Positions 13,773 to 27,447 are shown, numbered from the stretch's first letter. The stretch: DNA of 64,000 bases from Antedon mediterranea (GCF_964355755.1 NC_092673.1:24859648-24923647); one strand, 5' to 3'. Made by a program: numbers and translations. The notes: generated by a model not told the origin, from the sequence alone.

Positions 13773-14180
13773 ATGAGAAATCCATATAATTCCAATTTAA
13801 TTAGTAAACTTGAAATGGTACAGAGAAGAGCGGCTAGATTTGCCTGCAACAACTATAGGCCTAAGCGCATGTCAAGTGTAACCGAAATGATGAAGGTCCA
13901 TGGTTGGGAAACCTTGGAAGAGAGGAGGAGGATAGCTCGACTGCTAATGTTCCATAAGATACACTACTGCAATGTAGCAGCCGATATAAAAAACACATGT
14001 AGACCCAGTCGGAGAAAGAACAGTCAATCATACCATATTCCTCACTCAACAGTTGATTAGGCCTACTTTAGGTATTTATTCTTTCCACGTAACTGCCATC
14101 GACTAGAATCATCTACCAGATAAGGTTGTAAATTGTACTTCCATTCTGGAATTCAAAACCCATATTGTCCAAACTTAGGC
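13773..14180 (+). mobile_element. LINE (CR1-group-like) ORF2 C-terminal fragment
   Basis: PYNSNLISKLEMVQRRAARF..SVTEMM..GWETLEERRRIARLLMFHKI is the typical post-RT region of LINE ORF2. Confidence 0.75.
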
Positions 14181-14388
14181 TAATTAATAGTGTACCCCTT
14201 GTCACAACTTACTCTCTGAGGGTGTCTGTTCCTAGTGACAGCTCGCTGGGCACCTGGGTGGCTGAGGCGGGGTAAATGGTATCCGACTACTTTATTCTGC
14301 CTCATAGGTAGCGGCCCAGGAAAGTGATAGCAGTTGGCACGGACGGTAGACTTCTATAGTGTTTGATGTCGGGTACAGTTTACTCTAT

Positions 14389-15275
14389 TTCAATTCAATT
14401 CAATTCAATTAAAACTTTATTATCCCCATGGCGAAACTCTGTTGGCCTTTTGAAAAGTACAGTACATACAAATATAAAATGGATACAGTACATAAAATAT
14501 AAAATACGATAAAAAAAGCCATACAAAATATACATATAAAATCCTAAAAAGTCGATTTAAAATACTACAAAAAATAAAACTAGCGCAAAAAATACGATTA
14601 TACGATTATATAATGAATGATATTATCATTCATTATATAATCGTATAGCGGCAAGGACGAATGAATTGCCATATCTATTTGTTTTAATTTTTCTTTGAAG
14701 GAGTCTGTCACAACGTTGACTTTTGTTAAATTTATAGTGCAGAGGATGAGCGTGGTCTTTTAAAATAATTTTCAATATTTTAATTACTAATTCCTTATAT
14801 AAAACTTCAGGTTGAATTTGTTCAGAGCCTACTATTCTACTGCCTTGTTTAACTATTTTATTAAGTAAAAGTCTATCTTTAAAACGTGAATTACCATAAT
14901 AACATATTAGGCAAAAACTAAGTACACTGTTTAAGATAGAAGTATAAAAAAGTTGTAAAATAGTACGGTCAATCTTAAAAGAGTTTAATTTGCGTAGAAA
15001 GAAGAGACGTTTTTGTAATTTATTGTATATGCACCTACTATTTGCATCAAATTTAAGTTTATTATCAATTTCAACCCCTAAATATTTGTAAGTTTTAACT
15101 TCCGGAATGGTCTCACCATTGATTTTGATCTTGGGAAGGTAGTTTATCTTCTTCCGAAAATCAAAAACCATCTCTTTAGTTTTATTTATATTTAGATCTA
15201 AAAAATTATCTTTACACCATTTGTGAAAAATATTAATACTGTCTAAGAAGCCTGTCATTGAATCATCTTTTTTAT
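14389..15275 (-). mobile_element. 5'-truncated LINE, Rex1/Babar-like ORF2 C-terminus (ORF 14626-15258)
   Basis: WCKDNFLDLNINKTKEMVFDFRK, YKYLGVEID, QKRLFFLRKL, LFYTSIL motifs; AATAAA and (AATTG)n tail at about 14389-14422. Confidence 0.8.
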
Positions 15276-16479
15276 CTTTTAAAGGTGTCTGAATACAATT
15301 ATATAAAGGATAGATTAAATAATAATATATATTCGTACTAACATGTATATATACTTATATAAGTAGAAAAAAAGAGAAAAGGGAACGGAAGAAGAAAAAA
15401 AAGAAGGGAAAAAATAATAATAATTATAAATAAATAAGAGAGTCAGTTTTCTCTCTGTAAAAGAATAAATTAATAGAATAACACCACACAACCAAATAAT
15501 GTAGAGCTTTTTTTTCTCTTTTGTGTCGCAAACACCACTTTTATTCACATTCATATTATCTCATATTACATAAAATCGTATTATTTAACTTACGTCGTTA
15601 CAGTTCATAAGTAACATTTTTACATATATGAATTCTGTATGTAATAATGTAGAGCTAGCAAATCAGAGTTGGAGGAGCAGAGTCTTCACATCTGAAGTTG
15701 GCTCCAAAAACAAAGAAGAAGAAGATGAAGATTTAGAGGGTTAAGTTTAGTACATTTAGGAAGTAGATCAGCTATCTTGCAATTCTTTATAATAAAAAAT
15801 AATTAAGGTAATGAATTATTCATGATTTCTGCCCTGAAAAAAAAAAACCATGATCCGCGATTCTCAACTGATCAAGAAGTAGTTGTCACCCTCTAGATAA
15901 AATCGAAAATACATTTGTGAAATTAAAGATGCTTATCGCCATCAAGACAAACTTTCCTCAAATTCAATTTTCTTCAACTTAAGGCCAATTTACACAGACG
16001 AGCGGTAACGGTAAGCGAAAAACCTCGTGCTTGTCTTTCGTAGAATATGTATAATTACATTACACAATTACACTCCCATTACAGTCGTTACAATTAAGTA
16101 TTAGCGGGGACTGCCATGAGTAACCAACAACACCACCAATACCACCCGACACCAACAGCCCAACATCAACACCACCACCACTACCGTAACAGTAGTTTAC
16201 TTAATTTAAGTATTAGCATAGACTGCCATGAGTAACCAACACCACCAATACCACCCAACACCAACATCAACACTACCACCAATACCACCCATACCACCCA
16301 ACATCAACACCACCACCACCAATACCATCCAACACCAACATCAACACCACCACCAATACCACCCAACACCAACATCAACACCACCACCAATCACCCAACA
16401 TCAACACCACCACCAATACCACCCAACACCAACATCAACACCACCACCAATACCACCCAACATCAACACAACCACCACT

Positions 16480-18027
16480 GGTTCTAGGACACCTACCCCC
16501 TAGACAGTTACCCCCCGGATGTTTACCACCCGGACAACTACCCCCTTAGGACAACTACCCCCCGGACAACTACCCCCCGGACAACTACCCCCTTAGGACA
16601 ACTACCCCCTTAGGATAACAACCCCCCGGACAACTACCCCCCGGACAACCACCCCCTTAGGACAACTACCCCCTTAGGATAACTACCCCCCGGTCAACTA
16701 CCCCCCGGTCAACTACCCCCCGGTCAACTACCCCCCGGTCAACTACCCCTCCCCCCCCCCCCAATCCAAAAGTAGACAAATATATAGGACCGGTTTCTGT
16801 AAAAATGAAATCATCTGTTTTTAACGGGTGTTTCGAAACTAGAGACCCGAGACCAGAGACCTGACACGAGACCCAATACGAAAAGGGAGACCTATATTTG
16901 GGTCTCCCTTTACGTATATTAGGGTCTCCCTTTTCGTATAGTGTGGTCTCTCTTTTCGTATAGTGGGGTCTCCCTTTTCTAATTATAGTGGGTCTCCCTT
17001 TTCGTATATTTAGGTCTCCCATTTCGTATATTTGGGTCTCCCTTTTTGTATATTTGGTCTCCCTTTTCGTATATTTAGGTCTCCCTTTTCGTATATTAGG
17101 GTCTCCCTTTTCGTATAGTGGGATCTCCCTTTTCGTATAGTGGGGTCTCCCTTTTCGTACGTGGGTCTCCCTTTTCGTATATTTAGGTCTCCCTTTTCGT
17201 ATTGGGTCTCGGGTCTCTGGTCTCTGGTCTCGGGTCTCTAGTTTCGAAACACCCGTTTTTAACCGATTATTCTGTTTAACAGCACGCTAGACCCTAGATG
17301 TGCTAGATTTAAAGTACCGTATTTATTGAAAAAACGGCCTGGGCTGTTTATTGTTTAGGTGGTTTTTAGGTGGACATTTATTGGAAGAAAGTTGTTTATT
17401 CAATGGGAGGGGGTATAATCTAATGGAAATAGACGCCGATTATTCCATATGATGTTTCATGGGAGTGACATGGTCACCGTTTATTTGAGGGGAATTTATT
17501 TAAAGATCGACGTTTATTCGGTGAGTGAACATTGAGGTCAAATATCAAAAGTGATATTATTCTTCAAGTGTACAAAAATACATATATGACAAATTTGAGA
17601 CAAAAATTAATTCTTTTAAGACCAGTGGTTATCGAAGCATTGTCCTGACGCAAAAATTATTATTATTATTAGCGAACCCAGTCTTTACAGTAAATACATG
17701 GAGTACTATATAATACGTTCGACTATCCTATGATCATGTGTGACAATCTTCAGTTTATACCACCAGGCTATATTTATGTTCAATCTTTTACTTTTGTTTA
17801 CAATAATGAATAGTAATTCGTCAAAGTAACGAATTAAAATATAGTTATTAATTAATAGTTGCAGAGTCAGGTTGTTGAATGGTCTGGGTGGTTAGGGTGT
17901 TCTAAAGGGATAGTTTTCTGGGTGGTAATTGTCCGGGGGGTAATTGTCCGGGGGGTAATTGTCCGGGGGGTAATTGTTCCTAGGGGGTAATTGTCCGGGG
18001 GGTAGTTGTCCAGGGGGTAGTTGTCCT
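16480..18027. mobile_element. Foldback-like element with long modular inverted termini, inserted just 3' of the stop of paralog C
   Basis: Tandem ggacaactacccccc units at 16480-16750 and their reverse complement gggggtagttgtcc/gggggtaattgtcc at 17920-18027. Confidence 0.65.
16826..17254. mobile_element. Nested Mutator-like MITE with internal 22-bp tandem repeats
   Basis: TIR gggtgtttcgaaactagagacccgagaccagagacc and its exact reverse complement; 9-bp direct repeat gtttttaac at 16817-16825 and 17255-17263; internal (ggtctcccttttcgtata..)n. Confidence 0.75.
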
Positions 18028-19354
18028 AACGTTACATCGTCGTCGTATTGTCTGAAGAAGAAGGATCAGGAGGAAGAGGAAAAGGGAAACATGGTGCGGC
18101 TGAAAACAAGAAGAAAGGAAAACTCTAAATAAAATAAAAATCCATCAACTAAAAAATCAACGTTTTTAAAGCTATTTTAATGACATTATGATATATATAT
18201 ATATATATCACTTCAAATCAATGCATTCAGTCAAATAAAACCAACATTTTTAAACATCATTATTACTTTTCTCACAAATATTATATATAATTTTATATTT
18301 TTATTGATATGAGTGGTGTTTAGTAACTTAAAAAAATAATAATCCCATAACTTTAAATTAATTTGAATGCATTTTTCTCTCAAAAACGCATACACTTCTG
18401 CTTAATGCGTGACAAAATGTGGTCACGCATGACGTGTTTTTTCAAAAAGCGTGTTTCAGTAAAAATCACTTTGAAATGCGCCCGTCCCGCATGATGCGAG
18501 ACAGTTGGTAACTATGAGACCAACTATCAAACTAAAAAAAAAAAACATCAATATTGAAAAATCAACGTTTTTAAAGCTCGATATCAAATCAATGCATTTG
18601 TCAGCCCAATAAAATCAACATTTTTTAAACGTCATAGTGTTTTTTTCATTAAAAAGTTATTTGGCTAAATATTACAGGAATTAACCGATGTTGTTATTAA
18701 TTATACAGTCAGTTTACTCAATATAAAGCTCTGTCTACACTATCAAACTTTATGTGACAACGATTAATGCATTTTTAAATCTATTCATAAGGACACGAAA
18801 AAGCTGAAATTGCAAAAATAAAAAAAATGTTGAACAAAATCAACTCCGTGGATTGAGTACAACATAATATTTAAAAGCCTACTAAATAAATCAACAAATG
18901 CCTCAATCGAAATAAACTTACCATGTCTAGTAATTGCTTCTTTTTAGAAGCAACACCAGCTAAGCGGCCGTTTGTTCTTTTCGAATGAATAACATAGGAA
19001 ACGCATGAATCCGTTATTCAAACATAGCATATTAGAAAATAGTGTAATACTTTCTATTTCATTTGATTTATTTCAATTAATAAACTTGATGAAATAAAAC
19101 AATTAAACAGATTAAATTAACTAATTTCATAAATTCTTAAAATAAATAAATCCTCAAAAAGCTATCATAATGGTAATATGATTCAATCAGTTTATTTAAT
19201 TAAATCATAACATCAAATCAAGTTGCGTTACATTAATTCAAACAAATAAAACAGAAAATAACTTTAATGTCTTTTTGTGTTTCATTCTGATGCAATAATT
19301 AAATCTTTAGTAAATATTGTATAACTTACTGGATAGACATAATGGTTTACGCGG

Positions 19355-21163
19355 TTGTCTCTCCAGTTCTTTTCTTTTTTTCTCAGCTTTGTTAGTCAAA
19401 ATAATAATGACAAGAAACAGGTTAGTCTTGAGATCAACAATGAATATGTTCATGATAAGAAAGAAGTTGCTGAAGAGTTTAATTCGTACTTCACCAACGT
19501 TGCTGGAGAGCTAGTAAACAAACTTGACCCTCCTAGTAATACTTATAACTTGGAACATGTCAATGTCTTTTACAGTAGCAAAGGTGTCTTTCCTAATGAT
19601 TTTTCTTTCATAGAATTATCTGAAGATAATGTTCTTAAAGCTTTGACACAATTATCGACGAGTAAAGCTACCGGAATAGATACTCTACCAGCCAAATTCT
19701 TCAAAGATGGGGCTTCTGCAATAGCAAAACCATTAACTCATATTATTAAGTTGTCCTTCACATCCGGTATTGTACCCAAAGAATGGAAATTAGCGAGAGT
19801 CATCCCAATTCACAAAAAGGGTAGTAAAACGGTGGTAGGTAACTATCGTCCGGTGTCTATACTCTCGGCTTTTTCTAAAGTTGTTGAAAGACTAGTACAT
19901 GACCAATTGATGGAATACCTTAATTCTAAATCACTTATCTATGATTTCCAATGTGGGTTCCGAGCAAATTTTTCGACAGATCTTTGTTTAATTCACCTAA
20001 CTGACCATATTAAAAAGAACTGGGATAAAGGTAATTTAACAGGTATGATAGTCTTAGACCTACAAAAGGCTTTCGATACTGTAGACCATCAGATTTTACT
20101 AGGCAAAATGAGAGCATTAGGATTGTCCCAAACAGTAATAGGTTGGTTTAAATCATATTTAACAGATAGATGGCAGGTAGTTGATAATTGTGGTACTCTT
20201 TCAACGTGGAAAAAAATAACATGTGGGGTCCCTCAGGGGTCAATATTGGGCCCACTGTTGTTCTTAATGTATGTGAATGATATGGAATCTGCATTGAGTA
20301 GTAAACTGCTCCTTTATGCCGATGATTCTGCTATAGTTGTATCTGATAAAAGTGTCGCCAATATACAAAATGTATTGTCAAAAGAATTAAAATCTATTAA
20401 TTCTTGGTTATTAGATAATAGATTGTCATTGCATCTAGGCAAAACGTATTCAATTCTATTTGGATCTAAACGTAAACTCAGAAATCAACAAGAATTGAAA
20501 GTTACATGCAATGATTATATAATCACAAACAAACCTACAGTAAGTTATCTAGGACTTGAACTCGATAACAATCTAACTGGAGATTATATAGGTAAAACAG
20601 TTATAAAGAAAGTAAACTCAAGGGTAAAATTTTTATATAGAAATAGAAAGTACTTAACTTTCAGAGATCTTAAGTTACTAGCAAATAGTTTGGTGTTATG
20701 CCTTTATGATTATGCTTGTAGCGTGTGGTACTCTGGATTAAAAAAAACATTAAAAGTTAAATTGCAAACTGCACAAAATAAGACGGTCAGATGTATTCTT
20801 GGTCTTGAACCAAGGGATCACATTGGGGCTAATGAATTAAACAAACTGAATTGGCTCCCAGTAGACTTAAGAGTTAAACAGATAAAACTTTGTCACATGT
20901 ATCGTATTATTAATGGATTAAGCCCTACGTTTATGAATGATGGTATTAGTAGAGCAAATGTAATTCACCAGTACAATACTAGATTTGCAACTCAATCAAT
21001 TTATAGACCATATATAGGTAACCACTCCCAAACAACCTTTGTTAACACGGCAATAACGTCATGGAATCACCTGCCAAAATTGATACAGTGTTCAGAAACC
21101 ATCAATCAATTCAAAAGAAATATCAGGAAACATCTCAAAGAGGTTATGCTTGAAAGATTATAA
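19355..21163 (+). CDS. LINE ORF2 reverse transcriptase (5'-truncated; the first ~15 codons are host sequence)
   Basis: 602-aa ORF with the complete non-LTR RT motif set. Confidence 0.85.
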   Translation: MSLQFFSFFLSFVSQNNNDKKQVSLEINNEYVHDKKEVAEEFNSYFTNVAGELVNKLDPPSNTYNLEHVNVFYSSKGVFPNDFSFIELSEDNVLKALTQLSTSKATGIDTLPAKFFKDGASAIAKPLTHIIKLSFTSGIVPKEWKLARVIPIHKKGSKTVVGNYRPVSILSAFSKVVERLVHDQLMEYLNSKSLIYDFQCGFRANFSTDLCLIHLTDHIKKNWDKGNLTGMIVLDLQKAFDTVDHQILLGKMRALGLSQTVIGWFKSYLTDRWQVVDNCGTLSTWKKITCGVPQGSILGPLLFLMYVNDMESALSSKLLLYADDSAIVVSDKSVANIQNVLSKELKSINSWLLDNRLSLHLGKTYSILFGSKRKLRNQQELKVTCNDYIITNKPTVSYLGLELDNNLTGDYIGKTVIKKVNSRVKFLYRNRKYLTFRDLKLLANSLVLCLYDYACSVWYSGLKKTLKVKLQTAQNKTVRCILGLEPRDHIGANELNKLNWLPVDLRVKQIKLCHMYRIINGLSPTFMNDGISRANVIHQYNTRFATQSIYRPYIGNHSQTTFVNTAITSWNHLPKLIQCSETINQFKRNIRKHLKEVMLERL

Positions 21164-21364
21164 TTTATATTTATATTGTGACTACATGTGTTATTGTTTA
21201 TTGTAAATGTTTATTCTTATGGTGTTTTTTATCCTTAAGGGCCACAATGGAAATAAGTTTGACCTTTGGTTACTTTTTTGTGTTACCCTGAATTCATTCT
21301 TTGTATTTTTTTTTTATTTTGTGTTATTTTATGAATTCGAATAAAGAAATGAAAAAAAAAAAAA
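19401..21364 (+). mobile_element. 5'-truncated LINE (L2/CR1 group, Crack/Daphne-like) with uninterrupted reverse transcriptase
   Basis: ORF to 21163 with NYRPVSIL, QCGFR, LDLQKAFDTV, GVPQGSILGP, LYADD and YLG motifs; no endonuclease domain; AATAAA and A-tail ending at 21364. Confidence 0.92.
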
Positions 21365-22872
21365 TCCTTCAGGATAACTAACATTACTTATTCCAACCTC
21401 TGCAATGCAACAATACAGCTATATAATTAATCTATCATAACACTGTTGCATTACCATTAAGGATGTCCCCCACAAATATGAAACTGATGAAGAGTATTAA
21501 AATAAAAATAAAACAATCTTTTTTTTCAGGGGACAATGAAGATGAACTAAATCAGACTTTGAATGGGTTATTTTGTAGTTTTAATAAATGTAATCACTTC
21601 TGTAGAAAAAAATGTTTTCACTTATAAAATGACAAAATAAATGGTTACAGTAAATTCAACCAAAAAGTTGGCAGCCAATTTGACTATTTTTTATTTATAA
21701 TCAATAACTTTTTTATAAATATTTAATTTTTTTATATCTATTATGTGACATTAAAATGACATATTCAACAAACATATTTTCAATAATTATTTTTTCAGGA
21801 GATAATACATCTTTAATGATAATGCTAGGTCTTGTATTTATACCACAACCCGATCCTGCAGCTGTTTCTAGTAGATTGTAACTGATTATTGACAGTGATA
21901 ACATGTATTAAAATTACTGAATACACACACTCGTATCAGTTACAATTTACCTAGAGACACCTGTAGAATCCTGATCTCTTTGATATTGTACAATATTATC
22001 AGGTTGTCTTGAGTTAAGGCCGCTACACTTAGGACGATCGACGATAAATAGGTACACTTAGGCCTATATTTGTATTGAATAAAACAAAAGAAATTATAAA
22101 GAATTTCATTCTATTATATGATAACGATTTATGCTGTGTTTGATAATAATATTGTTCGATCGATATCGTTCTAGTATAAAAAGTATAGACGTTTTCAATT
22201 TTACTCAGACATTCATACTTGGCGACACGTTTGTTTTCATTAACAAATTATCTGAGTATAGCAAGTGCGGTGCATGTATCCGATTGATATTCCTTTTTGA
22301 TCGGTTCATAGGCCACCCCACCGATCAACACCCCAAAAAAGACAAACAAAGAATATTAATAATTTACCATTATCCTGGCTTTGTGTGGTGGAATTCTTAA
22401 CAGAAAAACAGTGGTTGATCACCAGCAAAAACACAGGGAATGCGATAATCCTGGTCTCCATTTTATAACAGTAGGCCTACACAGCAATACAATATAATAT
22501 AAACTACGCTTGAAATGGTTGATTTCACTAACAACTCTCTTTTTAAATCATTATGATGTATAATTCAAACGAACGGGATACAATGTTAGGTACAATCTTT
22601 TAATTTAATCGAGTAAATGATTTGTTATTATTATATGCATCCATCATCATCATAGAAGTAAGTAGCCTACATTTGGTCGTCTATTATTAATAGGGAAATC
22701 TGTTTGACAGGTTATCAAAATGCTGAAAAAAGAAATATGTTTGCTTCCATTACACAATGTTGCACAGCGCTTTAAGATTGATTCTCACTTGGACGCAAAG
22801 CAACGACGTAGGCGCAACGCAAGCGAATTGACCAATCACAAACGACATCCCATCGATAAGTTTTGTCCGGTT

Positions 22873-24017
22873 TAATTATTCCAAATGTATTATCACGAAC
22901 TGCGATTAGTAAAAATACGAACAATACCATCACCACCAGCACCATCACCAGGATCATCACCATCACCACCAACACCAACACTATCACCATCAACTCCAAC
23001 ACTATCACCACCAACACCATCACCACCAACACCATCACCACCGACACCACCAACACCATCACCACCACCACCATGTAATGTAATGTTGTTCGATTTATAA
23101 AGCACTTTTACAATCAAAGATTGTCCCAAACCAAAGAAAAAAGATGGGTTTTTAAGAGTGTTTTGAAAACTATGATAGAGGATGCATTTTTAATAGGATC
23201 AGGAAGATTGTTCCACCATCAACAACAATATCAGCATCACCAACAGCATCACCATCAGCATCAACACCAACACCCTAGATTCAATCAGTTACAATTTAAG
23301 TATTAGCATGGACTGTTGACCAGTGTGTTTGTCTTATGAGGAATCAAACATTATTGACAATAAATAAATTTACAGTAAAGAAATAACATTTATTTTGTTC
23401 ACACATAATAACAATAAAATATATAAATACTAATATAGACAGAACACTAAATTATTCCAAATGTATTATCACGAACTGCGATTAGTAAAAATACGAACAA
23501 TACCATCACCACCAGCACCATCACCAGAATCATCACCATCACCACCAACACCAACACTATCACCATCAACTCCAACACTATCACCACCAACACCATCACC
23601 ACCAACACCATCACCACCGACACCACCAACACCATCACCACCACCACCATGTAATGTAATGTTGTTCGATTTATAAAGCACTTTTACAATCAAAGATTGT
23701 CCCAAACCAAAGAAAAAAGATGGGGTTTTAAGAGTGTTTTGAAAACTATGATAGAGGATGCATTTTTAATAGGATCAGGAAGATTGTTCCACCATCAACA
23801 ACAATATCAGCATCACCAACAGCATCACCATCAGCATCAACACCAACACCCTAGATTCAATCAGTTACAATTTAAGTATTAGCATGGACTGTTGACCAGT
23901 GTGTTTGTCTAAACATTATTGACAATAAATAAATTTACAGTAAAGAAATAACATTTATTTTGTTTACACATAATAACAATAAAATATATAAATACTAATA
24001 TAGACAGAACACTAAAT
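22873..24017. repeat. Near-perfect 576-bp tandem duplication covering the 3' end of paralog D
   Basis: Near-identical ORFs offset by 576 (22885/23461, 23121/23697); an extra partial copy of about 23945-24110 lies at about 24255-24445. Confidence 0.9.
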
Positions 24018-24746
24018 ATTAATTTATATAATATAAATTTATTTTTTAAAAGTACTGCAATCTACTGTACAGCTTTACTGCCTCAGAACCTTTAATGTGA
24101 AAAGTCAAGAATATATATCTTATGACTTTTATGTGCAGTTTTTACATGGGTGAATGTTCATTTACTAATTAAACTATTTAAGCCAGAACTTATGTTGTAT
24201 GCGTCTTTATTTATTATTCTATGAGTTTGTTAATTGCCGCAGTCTCCGAGTAGCAAAATAACATTTATTTTGTTCACACATAATAACAATAAAATATATA
24301 AATACTAATATAGACAGAACACTAAATATTAATTTATATAAAAATGTCGATGAATTGAATTGAATAATATAAATTTATTTTTTAAAAGTACTGCAATCTA
24401 CTGTACAGCTTTACTGCCTCAGAACCTTTAATGTGAAAAGTCAAAAATTTATATTTTTAATAATTTTAAATCAGGAGAATACAATGCCTTCAGCTTTTGC
24501 TGCTTTTCGAAATAAATAAATAAAATATTTACCGTATACTATTCATAACCCAAACATTGATTTTGTTATAGCGACAAAACATATAAAATGAGGCAAGTAA
24601 AACAACAAAACAATTGATAAAGATCAAAAGTGATATTCCATTATGGGTTTACACATAATTTCAGTGAGTGTGATACAGAGTGACCTATGTTGATCCTGCA
24701 GTGTTACATTCGAATACTTTCTGACAACGTGAATTTAAGTCTTCCT

Positions 24747-26889
24747 TTAAGGACAAATAGACGGCACTGAAAAATTGAAAATAAACGAAAAATATATTCA
24801 ATCAACACTAAATGCATTGTTAAAGCCATTTTAATAAAGTTATGGTAAATATATAATACAAATATCACATCAAATCTATATGCATTTATTCAAAATGTTT
24901 TATAACAAGAATCGTTATTGTTTTCTCATAAATAATATTCAAAAGTTATTAAATATTGCAGGAATTAACCAATGTTGTTATTGTTAAATAATAATTGTAA
25001 CCAATTTTTAAGCTCTATCTACACTATCCAACTTATGTTACAACAAAATGTGATGTGCCCATAAATAGACATGATGATGATCACTACCAAATGTTGGCAT
25101 GTCACTACCTTATTTGGGCACATTACACTTTGTTGTCGAACTAATTTAATAGTGTAGACAGAGCTTTAGATTTAAACGCAACACATCTTACTTAATTGGC
25201 ATTGTGGTTTTATTGGTGATGGTGGTGGATTTTCTCCGTTCTTCTTCCCCCTTTCTTTCTGTATTTCGTTTCTTTCTTTCTGTATTTCATTCCTTTCTTT
25301 CTCCTCTTCGTAATTCAAGAAACATCCCATCAGTGTTCTTGAAGCCAGTATCTCCCAAACAGGATAACAGACATCTTTCTTTCCAACATCTAAAAATCCA
25401 ATAATAGGCCTATATTTATACAAGAATTCCATTTTACTAAATCAAATTAATTAAGGCCGTGTTTCCGCAGCAATAACAAACATCTGTTAATTTTTCAACC
25501 AATCAGATAATAAATAAATGTGCGCCTGAGAAAATAAAGAAAGATCAGTTATTACCGAATACAACCCAACTTTCGTTGCTGTTGGTTTTGATGAAATAAA
25601 ATAAAATAAATATACAATTTGTCCTTCAAGTCAAATGTTCACAATTATTATTATTATGGAAGCGGCTAAACTCCTTTTCACATGAACTTTATCTGTTAAT
25701 TACCGGTTAATTTTTTTCGGTTAATGTTTGGCTGGTGAAAACACGGCTTAATTGTTCCGGGATGAAGTGCAATAGTTAAAAATAAGCCCGGATTCCGGTT
25801 GGGTGACCGAAAAAAATATTAGTAAAAAATGGTTTAGTGTTGGACACATACGGATTTGAACCGGTACGTGGGATGTACGATATCGATCAATGGAAACAAT
25901 CGTACAGATGTGATCTAACCAAAATGTAAGTTCCGCTCGTTCTGAACCACACATGATAACAAGAAAATCTACTATACACTATAACCTTTTTTTTTCTTAG
26001 GATAATTATTTAATAATAATTTATGTTTTACAATGAAAGCGAATATTATAAATCTCTAAAAAATAAAACCGTAGAAGTGAAAACGTTGACACAATCAACA
26101 TTATATCAAATAAAAAAAAAATATCAAAATAAATAGTAGTAAAAAGGAATTATTCATCAGTATTAGGCATACTTGCGAATCTATTCATTTTCTTAGAAAT
26201 ATTTGGAACTTTGGTTCTAGGAAAAATTCAGTATTTTGTTTCAAATAGTTAAAGATGTATTTTCCCCCTGCAAAACTAATTATTTAAATTGTTGAATATG
26301 CCATTTTAATGCCACATAATAGTTATCCACTTTTACCAAAAATTAGATTAAAAAAATAATTATTTACCTGAAAAAACTGTAATTTAATGCAAAAAAATTA
26401 ATCAAATTGGCTGCCAGCCAATGGATTTTTGGTTGAATTTAACCATTTATTTTGTCATTTTATAAGTGAAAACACTATTTCTTTTTGTTTTTACTACAGA
26501 AGTGATTAACTTGATTAAAACTACAAAATAACCTATCTTAATTGTTCATGTTTTTGAGGAACTATTATTAGACTGATGATTAAGATCAGCTAGAGCAAAC
26601 CATGAGAACGAACATAAATTGAACTGGGTCCATGAATAAAATCATAAAATATGTTTCTTTCATTTCAGAAATTAGTCCGCGTCCCATATAAGCCCTGAGC
26701 TTATCAGATTTACTGATTAAATAGAGGTGTACTTAAATATTATGATCAAACATTGTCTAACTAGTAAAAATACAAAATTAAAATACATATACCATTATTA
26801 TGTATCTGGACGTTGTTTAAAATTCCAAAAGCATAACAATCGTTGATCATCAGCAAAAACAGAGCAAATGCAATCATTCTGGTCCTCAT
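24747..26889 (-). CDS. Secreted cyclic-peptide precursor, paralog D (104 aa); predicted mature NGENPPPSPIKPQCQLMPSICP
   Basis: Exons 26889-26793, 25389-25192, 24766-24747. MRTRMIAFALFLLMINDCYAFGILNNVQIHNN / DVGKKDVCYPVWEILASRTLMGCFLNYEEEKERNEIQKERNEIQKERGKKNGENPPPSPIKPQCQL / MPSICP*. Confidence 0.85.
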
Positions 26890-27447
26890 TTTAGTTGACT
26901 TTAGTACGCAGCAACACAGAGTGTAGAAAAAAGTAAACTTCTCAATTTAAGCAATACGCTGTAAATGGTGGTTTTCACTTTACTTGTTATATTATAACAA
27001 CATCTTAATAATGTATAATTTAAACGAACGGAATAATGCCACGTGATGTATAAGTAAATATATTATTTATTATTATACCATCTTTGTTTTCATGATAATT
27101 GTCTTTTCTATTATTAATAATTATAGGAGAAAACGTTTCGAAATTAACAACAATGTCGTAATTAAAGTCTCAATCAAATATTTATAGTTTGTCCGAATAT
27201 GGCACATACGTTTCCAGGATGTCTAGTTGATTAATAATATATTTTTAATTTATGACAGGTTTCTTACAGTTTCATTAACAGTTTTATTGTACCTTCCTTC
27301 TTTCATGTGGAGACAATTTAAAATTAAAAATGGACAAATCAGAATTTTAAAAATACAAAACATTTTAGAATGTTTAATCAATTAAAAAAAAAAAAATTAA
27401 AAATGTTAGTGGTCGTATAGATGAGTATTATTATTATATTAATTACA

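Larger units (their letters stand above)
18032..22461 (-). pseudogene. Paralog C, exon 2 split by a LINE insertion
   Basis: Exon 1 22461-22368 METRIIAFPVFLLVINHCFSVKNSTTQSQDN; exon 2 5' half 21399-21365 EVGISNVSYPEG; exon 2 3' half about 19399-19330 LTNKAEKKRKELERQPRKPLCLS; exon 3 18099-18032 TAPCFPFPLPPDPSSSDNTTTM*. Confidence 0.8.

Noticed and set aside
16666-17022. 118-aa ORF with RKGRP/VVDRG repeats
   Set aside because: Reads through the tandem repeats of the nested transposons
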